Program-made: the position numbers and the translations under genes
Part shown: positions 1 through 11,045 of the stretch, piece by piece
How the letters are laid out: every line of letters begins with the position of its first letter
How positions within the stretch are numbered: position 1 is the stretch's first letter
Virus record (IMG/VR): IMGVR_UViG_3300031974_001636
DNA from: an uncultured virus (IMG/VR IMGVR_UViG_3300031974_001636)
Lineage: Duplodnaviria; Heunggongvirae; Uroviricota; Caudoviricetes; Kyanoviridae
Direction: 5' to 3' (one strand)
Length of the DNA stretch: 64,000 nt
The notes under the pieces: model-generated
What the model was told of the DNA's origin: nothing
Seen by the model: the letters and a program-made list of their open reading frames with translations, nothing else
Databases searched by the model: none

Positions 1-1502
1 TTGATAGTAGAAGTACCAGCACCAGAGTTAGTTGCACGGATGCTGAATGCTCTACCAGATGCACTATTTTGAGTTGTCTGGAAGGTTAGGTCACCATCCC
101 CAGTCTTATCCAGTGTCTGAGCAACAACGCCGTCAAGAGTAATGTCAGGATCAGAGAAGTACGAGCGTACGTTGATATCAAGTTCCCCAGCTCCGCTGTC
201 CCCTGTATTATTAGCGCCAACAAGTAGATTACCGCTCTCGTTATTAACTTTGATATAGTTAAGATAATTGAATCCTCGGTATCCAGTGGTGCTAGTAAGC
301 TCTTGATCAAGTTCAAAATCTTCTTTTGTATTTCCATCGGCAAAGGAGATTCTGTTGTTCTGAAGTTGGGTATTGTCTACGCCAAGGGCGGCAATGGTAA
401 CGTGCCCGTTGGTGTCAACGTCAAAGTCTTCCTGTGCAAACGAGGCAAGTCCTTTCTGTTCCGTCGCGGCGGCAGCGAGGTAGCGCCAAGACCCAGCATC
501 GGAGGAATCAGTGTGAGAAGGAGCACCTTGACCTGCAAGGATTGCAGCAATCGCTTGATAAACATTACCTCCTTCTTCAATGATGTCATATCTATTATAT
601 GCAGTGGCACCCGAGTATGCGGGATACTTACTACCTTCTCTAGCGGTAGCAATAGGAATAGTCAGTGCAGAAGTAAAACGACCATACTGGTCAACAGTAT
701 ATCTGGTGGTGTTTACAGTTCTGTTTGCTGCTTCAGGGAGGTCATCACCACCAACAGAAGTCAGCGAAGGAATATTGAATAGACCTGAAGAATTCGTCCA
801 CTCTGTTTCCAGAGCAATCGTAGTATCAATAAGGTCAAGCGTCGGGTTACCAGCAACAGCGTTACCGTTTACAACCGAAATCCTACCAGAAGAACCTTGA
901 ATGGATCTGGTAAGCATATTACCAGGAGACGATCTGGTCACAATACCAGTAGTCGTCAGGTTTGCAATAGCGGTAAGGTCGGAGTCTAGAGGTTGAACGT
1001 CAGTCAGACCCAGATCTACATAGGAAGAAGGTTGCGAACCAGTAGTGATCCTACCCTTTGCGTCAACCGTTACCTTAGTATATTGACCGCTAGAAGTGGT
1101 CGTGCCATCGTAGTGTGGCAGAGAGATGAGAGTTTGGAGTGCTGCAGCAAGAGACAGGTTCTGCGAACCGTCAAATGTACCAGAACCAGAGAGGTCGCCA
1201 GACATTTGAATCTGACGAGGGTTGGCGAGACGAGATGCAGTTGCAGCATTACCAATGATAGTTGCAGTAATGGCACCAGCGGAGAAGTTACCGTCAGCAT
1301 CCCTAGCTACAAGAGTGTTTGCCGTGTTAGCAACGGACTCAATAGGTCGCTCGTACGGAAGTGTGTTCCATCCCCTGACACCATCACCGATCTTGAATCG
1401 GTTGGTATCAAGTTCAATGCCTAATTCGCCTTGGGCTAGGGTTGGGTTTTCGTTAGCCCATTCCTGAGCACCACCGCGTCTAAGTTGAATTCTATTTGCC
1501 AT
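1..1502 (-). CDS. Tail fibre protein, 3' end outside the window; N-terminal Mtd_N/hyaluronidase-like domain
   Basis: Not in the ORF track because it runs off the edge. Manual translation from the ATG at 1502 gives MANRIQLRRGGAQEWANENPTLAQGELGIELDTNRFKIGDG, a typical fibre N-terminus, and later YTKVTVDAKGRIT fibre repeats. A late promoter lies upstream. Confidence 0.85.
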   Translation of the reverse strand, partial: MANRIQLRRGGAQEWANENPTLAQGELGIELDTNRFKIGDGVRGWNTLPYERPIESVANTANTLVARDADGNFSAGAITATIIGNAATASRLANPRQIQMSGDLSGSGTFDGSQNLSLAAALQTLISLPHYDGTTTSSGQYTKVTVDAKGRITTGSQPSSYVDLGLTDVQPLDSDLTAIANLTTTGIVTRSSPGNMLTRSIQGSSGRISVVNGNAVAGNPTLDLIDTTIALETEWTNSSGLFNIPSLTSVGGDDLPEAANRTVNTTRYTVDQYGRFTSALTIPIATAREGSKYPAYSGATAYNRYDIIEEGGNVYQAIAAILAGQGAPSHTDSSDAGSWRYLAAAATEQKGLASFAQEDFDVDTNGHVTIAALGVDNTQLQNNRISFADGNTKEDFELDQELTSTTGYRGFNYLNYIKVNNESGNLLVGANNTGDSGAGELDINVRSYFSDPDITLDGVVAQTLDKTGDGDLTFQTTQNSASGRAFSIRATNSGAGTSTI

Positions 1503-1540
1503 CTCTTATATAGGGAACGGTGCAGGTACTGTCTCAAGAG

Positions 1541-1548
1541 TATTTATA
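1541..1548 (-). promoter_or_regulatory. T4-type late promoter TATAAATA
   Basis: Perfect gp55 consensus about 40 nt upstream of the fibre gene. Confidence 0.85.
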
Positions 1549-1552
1549 AATG

Positions 1553-1578
1553 AAAAAAGGGGGTCCTAAGACCCCCCT
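1553..1578 (-). terminator. Rho-independent terminator
   Basis: Minus strand GGGGGTC-TTAG-GACCCCC hairpin followed by T6, just after the 1583..1792 ORF. Confidence 0.85.
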
Positions 1579-1582
1579 CAGA

Positions 1583-1792
1583 TCATTCTGCCTCAACCCC
1601 TTCGGTTACGTCGGGGGATTCGGGCGGCTCTTGAATGTAATAGTTGAGAGTTTCCATGGCACCTTGCAGTTTCAGTGCTTGGATCTCGTTTTGTTTGATT
1701 TGCTCTGAGAGTTTGTTGTTTTCGGCAATCAGAACATTATAACGTTCCTGAAACTGCGTCAGGAGTTCCTCTTGTGATACCTTTTCAGTCAT
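1583..1792 (-). CDS. Hypothetical coiled-coil protein
   Basis: 69-aa ORF with a heptad pattern, overlapping the upstream gene by 4 nt. Confidence 0.75.
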   Translation of the reverse strand: MTEKVSQEELLTQFQERYNVLIAENNKLSEQIKQNEIQALKLQGAMETLNYYIQEPPESPDVTEGVEAE

Positions 1793-2028
1793 GATTCTTT
1801 TTTCAGTAGTAGTTGCAGGAGCTGCTTAATGTCACTCACATCAGATTTTAGCGTATCAACATCGCTTTGTAAAGCTTGTTCATTCTCCTTCTTTTTTTGG
1901 CGAGCATTATACTTCGCCATATAATCCTCATAGGCACTTTTGTCACAATTGACAATGGCCATTGAGTTTGGGTCACGATACCATCCGTCGTGACCCTCAA
2001 CAGGAATTAGATCTTTATTTGGATCCAT
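1789..2028 (-). CDS. Conserved cyanophage hypothetical protein
   Basis: 79-aa ORF (VEGHDGWYRDPNSMAIVN plus coiled coil) directly after the DUF4815-like gene. Confidence 0.75.
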   Translation of the reverse strand: MDPNKDLIPVEGHDGWYRDPNSMAIVNCDKSAYEDYMAKYNARQKKKENEQALQSDVDTLKSDVSDIKQLLQLLLKKES

Positions 2029-2030
2029 AA

Positions 2031-5000
2031 TTACTTAGCAAGTGCAATTGCTCGGAAGTCTGCCAGCAAAGGAACACGAGCCTGGTTGGTGGATTTCATA
2101 ACAATCTTGATTTGGAATGCATTGAAATCCAGACCCTTCACTTCATACGAATAGTCTTTCCAAAGTTCCTCTTCCGTAGCGGTTGAAGTGTAGTTGGTTT
2201 GACCACCCATGTTGACCCAGTTCAGTTCATCCAGAGGTTGAGAAGAACCAACCGAGAGTGCCTTATAGTAAACTGCGAACGAAGTGTCCACATGTCTGCT
2301 AGAAGAGAACGAAACTTGCAGTGAAGTTGCTTTAGTTGCCAGACGTGTGAGTCTTGTAATATATATGCCCTCGTTAGGATCGCCTTTAGGAGCGGTAGAA
2401 GGATCGTCCAGAAGATCATGACCACTAGTACCGAAGTTCATAGTGTAACCCGTACCACCCTGCAAACCAGCATTGATATTATTGATACGGTTTGAAGTCG
2501 TAATCAAAGATGCACGGTCAAGGTCAACAACAGGAGACACATTTTCAAGATTGGAATTGAGAATCAATTCCATGGTGAACGATTTAGCGCCAGCGAGTTC
2601 ATTATCTTCATTGATTTGGGAACAAATCAAGCGAGGATTGGTGTAATAGTTCTCTTCGTTGAGAATAATTTCATTGAAGGAACCATCATTGACAAAGGAT
2701 TGTTGATCAATATCTGCTTCTCTACCCGTGCCCATAGAAGTACCAGATACGGTATTCGCACGAGCAGTAAGAGTAGTTTTGGGCAGAACCAAAGTCTTCA
2801 CATTCGGAGTGATGACTTCAAATGGCAGGTTTTGAGTTGCAGTAGCAAATACCCCACCGCCACGAATACCAGTAGTTGCAACCGAATTCAGATGCAGCAT
2901 GTAAGTATCCAGAGTTGGGCAGGAGATTGAGGTATGTACCTTGTTAATCTCAATCAGAGGAACGCCGTCCAGGTTGTAGCACTCAACAATAGTATCATTA
3001 TCGTGAGGAACTGCAGCAGTGGTTGCGGCACCTCTACCTCCAGTAGCAACAGTAATCGTCTTACCATCACTAGAGACTGCACTGTATTGGATGATCTCAT
3101 CCTCAATCTTAATATAACCAGGGTTGGTATTGCTAATTGCGACACCATTTACAACTTGGTGGAAGGTGCCAGCTGCAGCGACCGAGATGCTAGTTGCGTC
3201 AGCGGCAAGAGCAGCAGTAAGAGTGGTAGGTCCAATCTCAGATTGAACACCAACAATCTCAACGTTATTTCTACGGTCAATCATGCCGTGGTTTTGGTGG
3301 AATACCCAGCACTCACGCTCCTCACTGGAATAAGTAGGTTGTGCAACTGGATATGCACCTCTGCTGTCGCCAGCATATTCAGCACCGCCACCAGCAGCAC
3401 CAGTATCAATAGTACCAGTAATGCTGCTATTTTGAACATCAATCGTGTCATTGGTGAGATCAAAATCACCAGAAACATATTTAACGGTCAGAACTTTGGG
3501 GGAAGGAGAGTTGTCCCAAGATACGACTTCAGCAGTTACACCACTAGTTGAACCAACAATAGTTTGTCCTGCTGCATATTCACCGTTAGAATATGCAGAG
3601 AGGTAGATGGTTGCAGTGGCAGCAGAAGATACAATACCCTGAATGGTGTTACCATTACCATCAACAGAACCTGCCAACCAAGTACCCGTAACATCAGTAA
3701 TAGTTACAGTATCGGGATCAGTAGTACCATTGAAAGCGGTGATTGTACCCTGAGCATTTGTCGTCTCCTGGTAAATACGAGCGCCAACAGACAGAGTGTA
3801 GTTGGTGCCAGTAGCAAGAGTTAGAACTTGCTTAGGTTTAATAGTCTGAATTGGGTTGGTTACCAGTTCGTGTGTACCAGCGTTGCCAATTCCAAGTTCA
3901 CAGTTGTAGAACTTAGCAATACCGCCCGAAGTGTCAAACGATGCACGTCTAATAACAAACTTAAGGTCTTCGTACTGGTCAGCAGTCCAAGTAGATGCGT
4001 TCTGAGATTTGAACAGAACACCAGCATAAGGTTGTTCGGAGATTGTTCTATCTCCACCGATCTCAAGGTCACCCATTCTGGAGATCCAGATGGTATACTC
4101 GTTAGAGTCGGAAAGAAGAACGAAACAATATTCAACGGACTGTTTGATGTAAACAGGAGCTTGGAAGGTAAAGGTGGTGGGAACTGCAGCGTTCTCGGAA
4201 ATCTCAACCTGCTCAGGATTCAAACTAACGTCAGAGAACGGAAGAATGGTCTTAGAAGGATATCCATTTTCCATTGCACGAACCTGCATGGAGATAGGAA
4301 TGTTAGCATCCTTACTACCAAAGTATACATCAATGGAGGTCAGGAATACGCCACCCTCAGTGTCAACAATAAAGGATTGTGCAACAGGGTCATACCAACC
4401 AATCTGACGAACCTCAGTTCTGGTAGAGGTAACTGTACGCTGGTCAGTAACCGTATCCTTAACGATCTGAGCATTTCTAACTGCAAGGATGTTCTCACGA
4501 ACAGTTTGCAGAGTTCCCTTTGCAGTGAATTCCTTCTCAGCGGAGGAATCAACAGTTCCAGGAACGGTAGAGTTAGTAGGACTGGAAGTGAAACGGAACA
4601 GTCTAGTACCAGTTTTCCAGCGAGGATTGACATTCTTAACAGGTTTGGGGATGAAGAAACATCCTCTAAGGAATCCACGCTTATCAGTAATAAGACGACG
4701 ATCCTTAACAACAGCACGAGCGCCAGAAGTCAAACCAACCAAAACTTCGCCAACTTGAATATTTCCACGAATTTTGGGTTGTTTAATGTTAGCGAGTTGT
4801 GCAGAGTTGTTGTTCAGGATAGGAGTCTGAGAAGAATAAGAGGAAGGAAGTGCCTCATTGTTAGTAGTGTATGGATTGGTATCATATACACTATTTGGTC
4901 TCAGGCAACGCAGACGGCAGTTGGAACTAAGACCCTTTACAATCTCACCAGGAACAAACGGAGTCTCGTTAGTTCTAGCATCTTCCTGAGAGTTCTTAAC

Positions 5001-8000
5001 AAGTTCAATCAGTTTAGGAGTGCAGTAGTTGGTGATGGGTTTCTTATCAAAGAATGCATACATCCGAGTCTTAGGCTTAGCACGGTTAATCGTGTAACGG
5101 ATGTTTCTGGAACGGATCCAGGGAATTGCAGTTTGTGACAGAATAGTATCACCCAAAGACTTACGCTCAATCTTCGGAATAACACGAGTTCTTACACCAC
5201 GACGAGTCTGGTTATTAACAACACGATAGGTACGACGTTGGTGCAGATAGAATAGACCTTGACGGCGACCAGCGTGACCCAGACGACCCAGACGACGACC
5301 ACCACCCAAGTTAGTGCTAGAACGATGATTACTTCTACTGGTCAGAGTTTCGCCAGTCCAGTTAGTCTTCCAGGCACCCCATTGAATCGGGGCAAAACCA
5401 TTCTTATCAACGTTCAGGTCTCTAGCTACAGAAGAGAAGTCACCTTCAACGTTTTCAACACGAGCAGGAAGACGCTTAATGTCAATCCAGTCATCAGAAG
5501 CGGGAAGAAGATCCAAACGACCAATGAACGTAAATACGTTGAACGGGTTGACATTTTCTAGGCGAGATGCGTAGGGTTGTTCAACCTGCTGAACCTCAGT
5601 ATAGGGAAGAGTAACAATCAGTGCTTCTTCAAAGTCTTCGGGATCTGGACCAGACCACTGAACATTTTGAGAAGTCAGAGGATCAAACTCAAGAGCAACG
5701 TTGTTGGTGTAGTGAGAAGGTCTCAGATAACCATTCTGGAAGTCCAAAGATGCCTTGTAGTCCTCATTGAGAACGTCGCCAACGTTGTGGTCGGTGAAGT
5801 CATCAACAACATAACCATTCTTAAATCTATTCAGACCATCGTCGTCGTAAGTAGTAGCATTCTGTGCCTCAGATTCCAACAGAGACAGGGAAGTATAATA
5901 CTCAACGTTAGTCAGACGTTCTTCAATGTTACCAATGTCACGCATTGTGTAACGACGATTGTTCTCAATTTGGAAAACAATATCTCTTTCGGGATCATAG
6001 TTATATGGTTTATGCTCAATAGTTGCCAAGAACATGGCAGCATCCATCTTATCAGGTGCCTGGGGTTCTTCGTCAGACTTACCTTTAACTAACTGGAAGT
6101 CTCCATCATGAGTGAGGAACAGTTTATCAATTCTAGGCAGATAGTAATCAAAGTCACAACGGAATGTTGTATCAACATCCATCAGGTCAAAGATGGTTGC
6201 GCTAGAATCATAAACACGAGACGGGAAGTCAAGAGTAGTACAATTGACATAGTATGGAGCATTAACTGTACCAGAACCATTAGCAAGTTCTTTGACACCA
6301 GGACGGAAGTCTAGGGTGTCTCTCAGGAACATAATGCCACCGTCAGGTTTCCAGGTAGGAATATCTTTATATCCAACGCCAACATAAGATTGTGCGTTGA
6401 AATAATCGCCAGATGCTTCATGAACAAAATAGTCAAAGACTACCTTGATTCGTCTTCTGGGAGCACTAAAAGTAGCACCGCGAACAAGACGAGAAATATC
6501 ATAGTAGTATGAGTCTTGTCCAGGGTTCAGAGTATACTGCTCGGTGATATCAGTTGAACCAGTTTCAATGGCACCATCAGCATCAGAAATAAATGCGCTG
6601 ATTGCATCACCGTTACTATCAACACCCTCAACCAATTCTCCAGCAAGGAATTCACCGTCAAGAGTTACATGGTACAGTTTAAGAGTGGATGAAATAAAAT
6701 CAACTACTCTTGCTCTAGCACCAGAAGTTTTACCTGTGATGAGAGTACCATTTGCAAAGAATGCAGACTCAACCAGAGTTACAAAGGGAATCCTTGCTGC
6801 TTGATCATCATTAGATTCGTAAACAGCATGGACAGTATAAACGTCATTCAGACCGAATGAAATCTCTTCATCTTCAATACGAGTACCATACAGTCTGGAA
6901 TATGCTAGACCAAACAGAGGAGCATCGGTATTGTTAGAGGTCTTGGTAACTTCCAGAACCTGCATCTTAGCAGCAGTCTTAACCTTTCTCTGAACAACGT
7001 TCTTAGAGAAGGCAGCAGTCAGTTTGATGGTAGATACGTCATAGAGACCAGTTCCCGCACCACCAGGAGAGGTGATCGTCATGGTCTGACGGTCAGCACC
7101 GAAAGTAACTGCAATAATACCACCATTTACGGCAGCTTCCATGTCAATGATTTCACCAGTAACATAGTTGCTGCTGGATCCCTGGTTTTCAACAACCAGG
7201 ACATAGTTGTCATTATTAAAGGTTTCAAACTGCTCGTTCTCACCAAGAGTTACAGTTCTGCTACCATTGATGATAGTTTGAGCATTGTAAGTTCTATATG
7301 CAGTAAAAGATTCGTCACTGATAGACTTGATAGATTCCTTGGGCATATCAATGGTAAGGTTACCATTCTGATAGTCCTTAAGGAATACTCTGGGACGGAG
7401 ACGAGTGATTCTAGTATAGTCACCATCTGCGACAGTACCAATAGTCTTACTGGAATCCAGAGTTACAGTCTGTGCAGCAGGAGTGCCGAAGATAATATCA
7501 GTACCACTGTTTTGGTTTGCAGTAGTAGTATTGATGTCTGTTTGAGTTACAGAGGTAACACGGAAGGTATTGTTGCCAGTAGGATCAGAAACGCCAACGG
7601 ACAGAACATCGCCAGGACGGAGGTCGGCAGCGAAGTTTGAAGTGAAACCAGACAGCAGAGCGTCAGCACCTGCAGGGGAACCCGAGGTCAGATCAACATT
7701 AAAGTTCTTACCACTAAGATCTTCAGCAGTATTCAGCAGGAGATCTGCAGTAAAGATGATAGTAGAAGTCAGGGAGGTGGGATCTTGACGACCTAGAACC
7801 ATTCTGGTATCAGTAAAGTCGTAATTAAATACGGCAGTAATAGAAGTCAGAGCTACGCCATCAAGATTGATTTGCTCAGTGTCTCTAAACCTACCCTTTA
7901 CACCCAAAAGTTTGATAGTTGTGCCACTGATTTCACGAATGTAACCCCTGGCATTAGATGTAGCACCGATCAGAAGATCGCCAACTTGCAACGATGCCGA

Positions 8001-9452
8001 TACGTCTGCAGTCGTGTTAATCACAGTGTACATGTCTACATCAAAGAAGTAGAGCATGTTTCCTAGAGTACCATTGACGATACCGCCATTGGTCAGGTCA
8101 TTGCTGAGTTGTGCAGTACGGCAGAAACCGATAATATCGCCTTGAGTCTGACCGTTCTGTGCAGGGTTGAAACTGTCACGCAGTTCCAGAACCTGATAGT
8201 TATAAGTCAGGTTAGGACCAGTCAGGTTAGGCCAACCATAGATGTTGGTTACCAGGCAGGACTGTGCCAGTTCAAAAGGAATAATTGTGTTTTGGATTGC
8301 ACGAGTATCTCGTGCCTTAGGAATATCAACGTACTTAGGAGCGATATTCTCAATACGATAACCCCTTACATATGCTTTACCTGGGGAGATTTCACATGCA
8401 ACATATTCCTCAGATGCGACTTGACCATCTTCGGAAATTTCGCCAGGATCATAAACACCATCATTGAATCCATCATTCAGGTGCTCTCTAAAGTTGATGT
8501 CAAAACTATCAACTGCATAGTCACCAGACTCTTCAAAAGTCCGCATGGCCATCGTCTTCTCCAGTTCGGAGTATTCGGTTCTCTCAACAAACTGCTGAAC
8601 CTTAGAGTTGACAATGCGAAGAAGTTCAATAAAGTTTTTATCTGAAGTATCGTCAACTGCCTTCTTTACCAGAGTCGTTCTGATCCTAAATCGGTGCCCG
8701 CCAGGAGCCGAATAGTTACTAGTACCAGCAGCGTTATCATTAAGAGAAGGATCGTCTTCCGAAGTAATAATAGATTCATTAACCTCTAGACCAACTCTGT
8801 AGGATGGAGTATTGCTATATTGATCAAGGATGATATAGGATGAAGGAACGTCAACAAAATATCCACGAATAAAATATACGCCCTCATTGATGTAGGCAGA
8901 AGATGCAATTGCCGTAGCATTTGAGGGAAGCATTTGAGCGAAGGGAGAACCTTCCTCAATCAGGGTAGTACCAAAAGTGATGTCACCATCAGCAAACAAC
9001 TGTTCGTTGTCCTTAAAACTCTTTGTAGTCTCTTCAGAAGTAGCATCAGCACTATCAATGTACTTCACATACAGAGTGATATAGCCGCGCTCACTACTGA
9101 CTGAAGAGATAGAATAAAGTACCTTTGCCTTAATACCTGTAGTAACACCAGTAATGATCTTACCGTCTAACTGTTTCCTATAAAGTTCAACGTCAGCACC
9201 CAGGAAGTTTTGCTGCAGCAGAATGGCATTGACATTCAAGTCATAACCAATCTGACCAGGGATGACCATCGCACCTTCCTTGAAGAAGTGCGTACCCATG
9301 CTCTCAATCTGATTCTGCATGATTGATTGCATGGTCGTGAGTTCACGAGCCTGGATCGGGAATCCAGGTCTGAACAGCACCTTATAAAAGTTCTTATCCG
9401 TGTCAAAATCGTCGTAATACGGCGTGACGTTAAGGTTAGTATTCTGCGGCAT
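2031..9452 (-). CDS. Large virion structural protein, DUF4815/VrlC-like
   Basis: 2473 aa with MPQNTNLNVTPYYDDFD..KVLFRPG..QARELT N-terminus, RFKNGYVVDDF, YDPVAQSF and GVLFKSQNASTW motifs; follows gp8. Confidence 0.85.
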   Translation of the reverse strand: MPQNTNLNVTPYYDDFDTDKNFYKVLFRPGFPIQARELTTMQSIMQNQIESMGTHFFKEGAMVIPGQIGYDLNVNAILLQQNFLGADVELYRKQLDGKIITGVTTGIKAKVLYSISSVSSERGYITLYVKYIDSADATSEETTKSFKDNEQLFADGDITFGTTLIEEGSPFAQMLPSNATAIASSAYINEGVYFIRGYFVDVPSSYIILDQYSNTPSYRVGLEVNESIITSEDDPSLNDNAAGTSNYSAPGGHRFRIRTTLVKKAVDDTSDKNFIELLRIVNSKVQQFVERTEYSELEKTMAMRTFEESGDYAVDSFDINFREHLNDGFNDGVYDPGEISEDGQVASEEYVACEISPGKAYVRGYRIENIAPKYVDIPKARDTRAIQNTIIPFELAQSCLVTNIYGWPNLTGPNLTYNYQVLELRDSFNPAQNGQTQGDIIGFCRTAQLSNDLTNGGIVNGTLGNMLYFFDVDMYTVINTTADVSASLQVGDLLIGATSNARGYIREISGTTIKLLGVKGRFRDTEQINLDGVALTSITAVFNYDFTDTRMVLGRQDPTSLTSTIIFTADLLLNTAEDLSGKNFNVDLTSGSPAGADALLSGFTSNFAADLRPGDVLSVGVSDPTGNNTFRVTSVTQTDINTTTANQNSGTDIIFGTPAAQTVTLDSSKTIGTVADGDYTRITRLRPRVFLKDYQNGNLTIDMPKESIKSISDESFTAYRTYNAQTIINGSRTVTLGENEQFETFNNDNYVLVVENQGSSSNYVTGEIIDMEAAVNGGIIAVTFGADRQTMTITSPGGAGTGLYDVSTIKLTAAFSKNVVQRKVKTAAKMQVLEVTKTSNNTDAPLFGLAYSRLYGTRIEDEEISFGLNDVYTVHAVYESNDDQAARIPFVTLVESAFFANGTLITGKTSGARARVVDFISSTLKLYHVTLDGEFLAGELVEGVDSNGDAISAFISDADGAIETGSTDITEQYTLNPGQDSYYYDISRLVRGATFSAPRRRIKVVFDYFVHEASGDYFNAQSYVGVGYKDIPTWKPDGGIMFLRDTLDFRPGVKELANGSGTVNAPYYVNCTTLDFPSRVYDSSATIFDLMDVDTTFRCDFDYYLPRIDKLFLTHDGDFQLVKGKSDEEPQAPDKMDAAMFLATIEHKPYNYDPERDIVFQIENNRRYTMRDIGNIEERLTNVEYYTSLSLLESEAQNATTYDDDGLNRFKNGYVVDDFTDHNVGDVLNEDYKASLDFQNGYLRPSHYTNNVALEFDPLTSQNVQWSGPDPEDFEEALIVTLPYTEVQQVEQPYASRLENVNPFNVFTFIGRLDLLPASDDWIDIKRLPARVENVEGDFSSVARDLNVDKNGFAPIQWGAWKTNWTGETLTSRSNHRSSTNLGGGRRLGRLGHAGRRQGLFYLHQRRTYRVVNNQTRRGVRTRVIPKIERKSLGDTILSQTAIPWIRSRNIRYTINRAKPKTRMYAFFDKKPITNYCTPKLIELVKNSQEDARTNETPFVPGEIVKGLSSNCRLRCLRPNSVYDTNPYTTNNEALPSSYSSQTPILNNNSAQLANIKQPKIRGNIQVGEVLVGLTSGARAVVKDRRLITDKRGFLRGCFFIPKPVKNVNPRWKTGTRLFRFTSSPTNSTVPGTVDSSAEKEFTAKGTLQTVRENILAVRNAQIVKDTVTDQRTVTSTRTEVRQIGWYDPVAQSFIVDTEGGVFLTSIDVYFGSKDANIPISMQVRAMENGYPSKTILPFSDVSLNPEQVEISENAAVPTTFTFQAPVYIKQSVEYCFVLLSDSNEYTIWISRMGDLEIGGDRTISEQPYAGVLFKSQNASTWTADQYEDLKFVIRRASFDTSGGIAKFYNCELGIGNAGTHELVTNPIQTIKPKQVLTLATGTNYTLSVGARIYQETTNAQGTITAFNGTTDPDTVTITDVTGTWLAGSVDGNGNTIQGIVSSAATATIYLSAYSNGEYAAGQTIVGSTSGVTAEVVSWDNSPSPKVLTVKYVSGDFDLTNDTIDVQNSSITGTIDTGAAGGGAEYAGDSRGAYPVAQPTYSSEERECWVFHQNHGMIDRRNNVEIVGVQSEIGPTTLTAALAADATSISVAAAGTFHQVVNGVAISNTNPGYIKIEDEIIQYSAVSSDGKTITVATGGRGAATTAAVPHDNDTIVECYNLDGVPLIEINKVHTSISCPTLDTYMLHLNSVATTGIRGGGVFATATQNLPFEVITPNVKTLVLPKTTLTARANTVSGTSMGTGREADIDQQSFVNDGSFNEIILNEENYYTNPRLICSQINEDNELAGAKSFTMELILNSNLENVSPVVDLDRASLITTSNRINNINAGLQGGTGYTMNFGTSGHDLLDDPSTAPKGDPNEGIYITRLTRLATKATSLQVSFSSSRHVDTSFAVYYKALSVGSSQPLDELNWVNMGGQTNYTSTATEEELWKDYSYEVKGLDFNAFQIKIVMKSTNQARVPLLADFRAIALAK

Positions 9453-9467
9453 CTTTGGTACTAAAAA

Positions 9468-11000
9468 TTAGAATTCAATAACGATCTTAATGTCTTCAAT
9501 CTGGTCGTTTGCACGACTAATTGTCCTTCTGTTATCTATGTAGATAACATTGCCACTGTTAGATTCAATCTCTGATTTGGCATACCCAGCAGTGAACTTC
9601 ATACCCAGATCGTACTCAGTGTTATTGATCGTTCTGGAAGAAGTATTGGGAACTGCGGGGAAGTTTACATCTGGGTCACCAGATGCACCAGAAGAAGCAC
9701 CCTGAATGGCATTTGAACCATCAAATTCGTTCAAAGAACCAGTAACAGCAGGGAAGATACCGTCAACACGGTTTTGATAATATTTCAGAACCTTGGTTGT
9801 CGGATTCCATGAAACAACTTTACCAGTTGCGGTAACAGACTGACCACCGATAATACGAGTTTGGGTGATAGTCTCGTCAGGGATAAAGTTACCTTGGAAA
9901 GTTGTCGGGAAAATAACTGCTTTAGAGGCAGATAGGGTCAAATCTGAAAGGAGTTCGGAAGTACCAAACTTGAGTGGATTAGTTACCAGACCAATACGAC
10001 GGTAGTCGTTATCAATCGGGAAGTCACCAGCACCTTCATCATAGGAGAGTTTGGCGTTAATCATGACACGGTATGCGCCCATTTCTACAACGGGGTCTTT
10101 GCCATGACCACCAGGAGGAGGAATGATGACATCAATTTGTCCACCTGCACCAGTACCGATACCAGATACGGCATCAACGGTAACTTTACCGAAGGAGTAT
10201 CCAGTACCACCAGAGGTCACCGTTGCGGAGATAACACGACCACCGTCAACAACAATGGATACGCGACCACCAGCACCGTCGCCATTGATTGCAACGTTGT
10301 CATATGTACCATTATTATAACCAGAACCCGAGGAGGTAATAACTACACTGTCAATTTCACCAGCAACAGCGTTGGAAGATACCGAAGCGTCACTGAATAC
10401 AGGCATGTAGTCAGCAGAGAAGAACTTCAGAACCTGTGCAACAGGAATAGTGTACATATACTTCCAGCGATAACCATCGGAAGTGGTAATAATGGATGTA
10501 GAAGTACCAGTGGGTTCAATAGTAGAAGGCTTACCGTTAGGGTCAGCAGGAGAAGTGCCGTTATAGATGCACTTGTATACTTGATAGTTTGAATTGACGA
10601 CGTAGAAATCCGAGTCGTAGAGTTTAGTTGCACCAGAAGACGCCGTATTCGTGGGAGAATAGTCATGACGATACATGTCATAAGTGAAACCCAAACCACC
10701 AGTGGTTTGTTCGGGAGGAATCCAGTCAATGCGACGGACGACCTGAATCGTGTCGGCAGCAAGAACACGCTTCAGAGACATCATGTCATCGTAAGCATCA
10801 GAGAACTCGTCAAACGAGTCAACCGCTTGCGGCGGAGAGTTTTCGTTGTCCCATTCCTGGGGGCGACCAATAAAGATATACAGACGATCTCTATCGTCGC
10901 CAGCAACCACATCACTATCCAAAGGGTTTGGACCCTCTAGGGATTTGATGAATTTCTGTGCCGTAAAGATCCTGAACTGGTCAGTAAGTAGTGCTGCCAT
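9468..11000 (-). CDS. gp8: Baseplate wedge subunit gp8
   Basis: 510 aa; FYVVNSNYQVYKCIYN, DGYRWKYMY, NDYRRIGL and the C-terminal YIDNR..I.R..DQIEDIKIVIEF typical of gp8. Confidence 0.9.
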   Translation of the reverse strand: MAALLTDQFRIFTAQKFIKSLEGPNPLDSDVVAGDDRDRLYIFIGRPQEWDNENSPPQAVDSFDEFSDAYDDMMSLKRVLAADTIQVVRRIDWIPPEQTTGGLGFTYDMYRHDYSPTNTASSGATKLYDSDFYVVNSNYQVYKCIYNGTSPADPNGKPSTIEPTGTSTSIITTSDGYRWKYMYTIPVAQVLKFFSADYMPVFSDASVSSNAVAGEIDSVVITSSGSGYNNGTYDNVAINGDGAGGRVSIVVDGGRVISATVTSGGTGYSFGKVTVDAVSGIGTGAGGQIDVIIPPPGGHGKDPVVEMGAYRVMINAKLSYDEGAGDFPIDNDYRRIGLVTNPLKFGTSELLSDLTLSASKAVIFPTTFQGNFIPDETITQTRIIGGQSVTATGKVVSWNPTTKVLKYYQNRVDGIFPAVTGSLNEFDGSNAIQGASSGASGDPDVNFPAVPNTSSRTINNTEYDLGMKFTAGYAKSEIESNSGNVIYIDNRRTISRANDQIEDIKIVIEF

Positions 11001-11023
11001 TGCCTAAGGTAGTTCCTCTTTGT

Positions 11024-11031
11024 TATTTATC
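11024..11031 (-). promoter_or_regulatory. Late promoter variant GATAAATA
   Basis: 7/8 match to TATAAATA in the intergenic gap before gp8. Confidence 0.6.
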
Positions 11032-11045
11032 GTACTTTTGAAACT

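Noticed and set aside
1..1502. Mtd-like N-terminus suggesting a diversity-generating retroelement
   Set aside because: No reverse transcriptase or TR/VR repeat pair is visible in the window, and the domain is common in ordinary fibres
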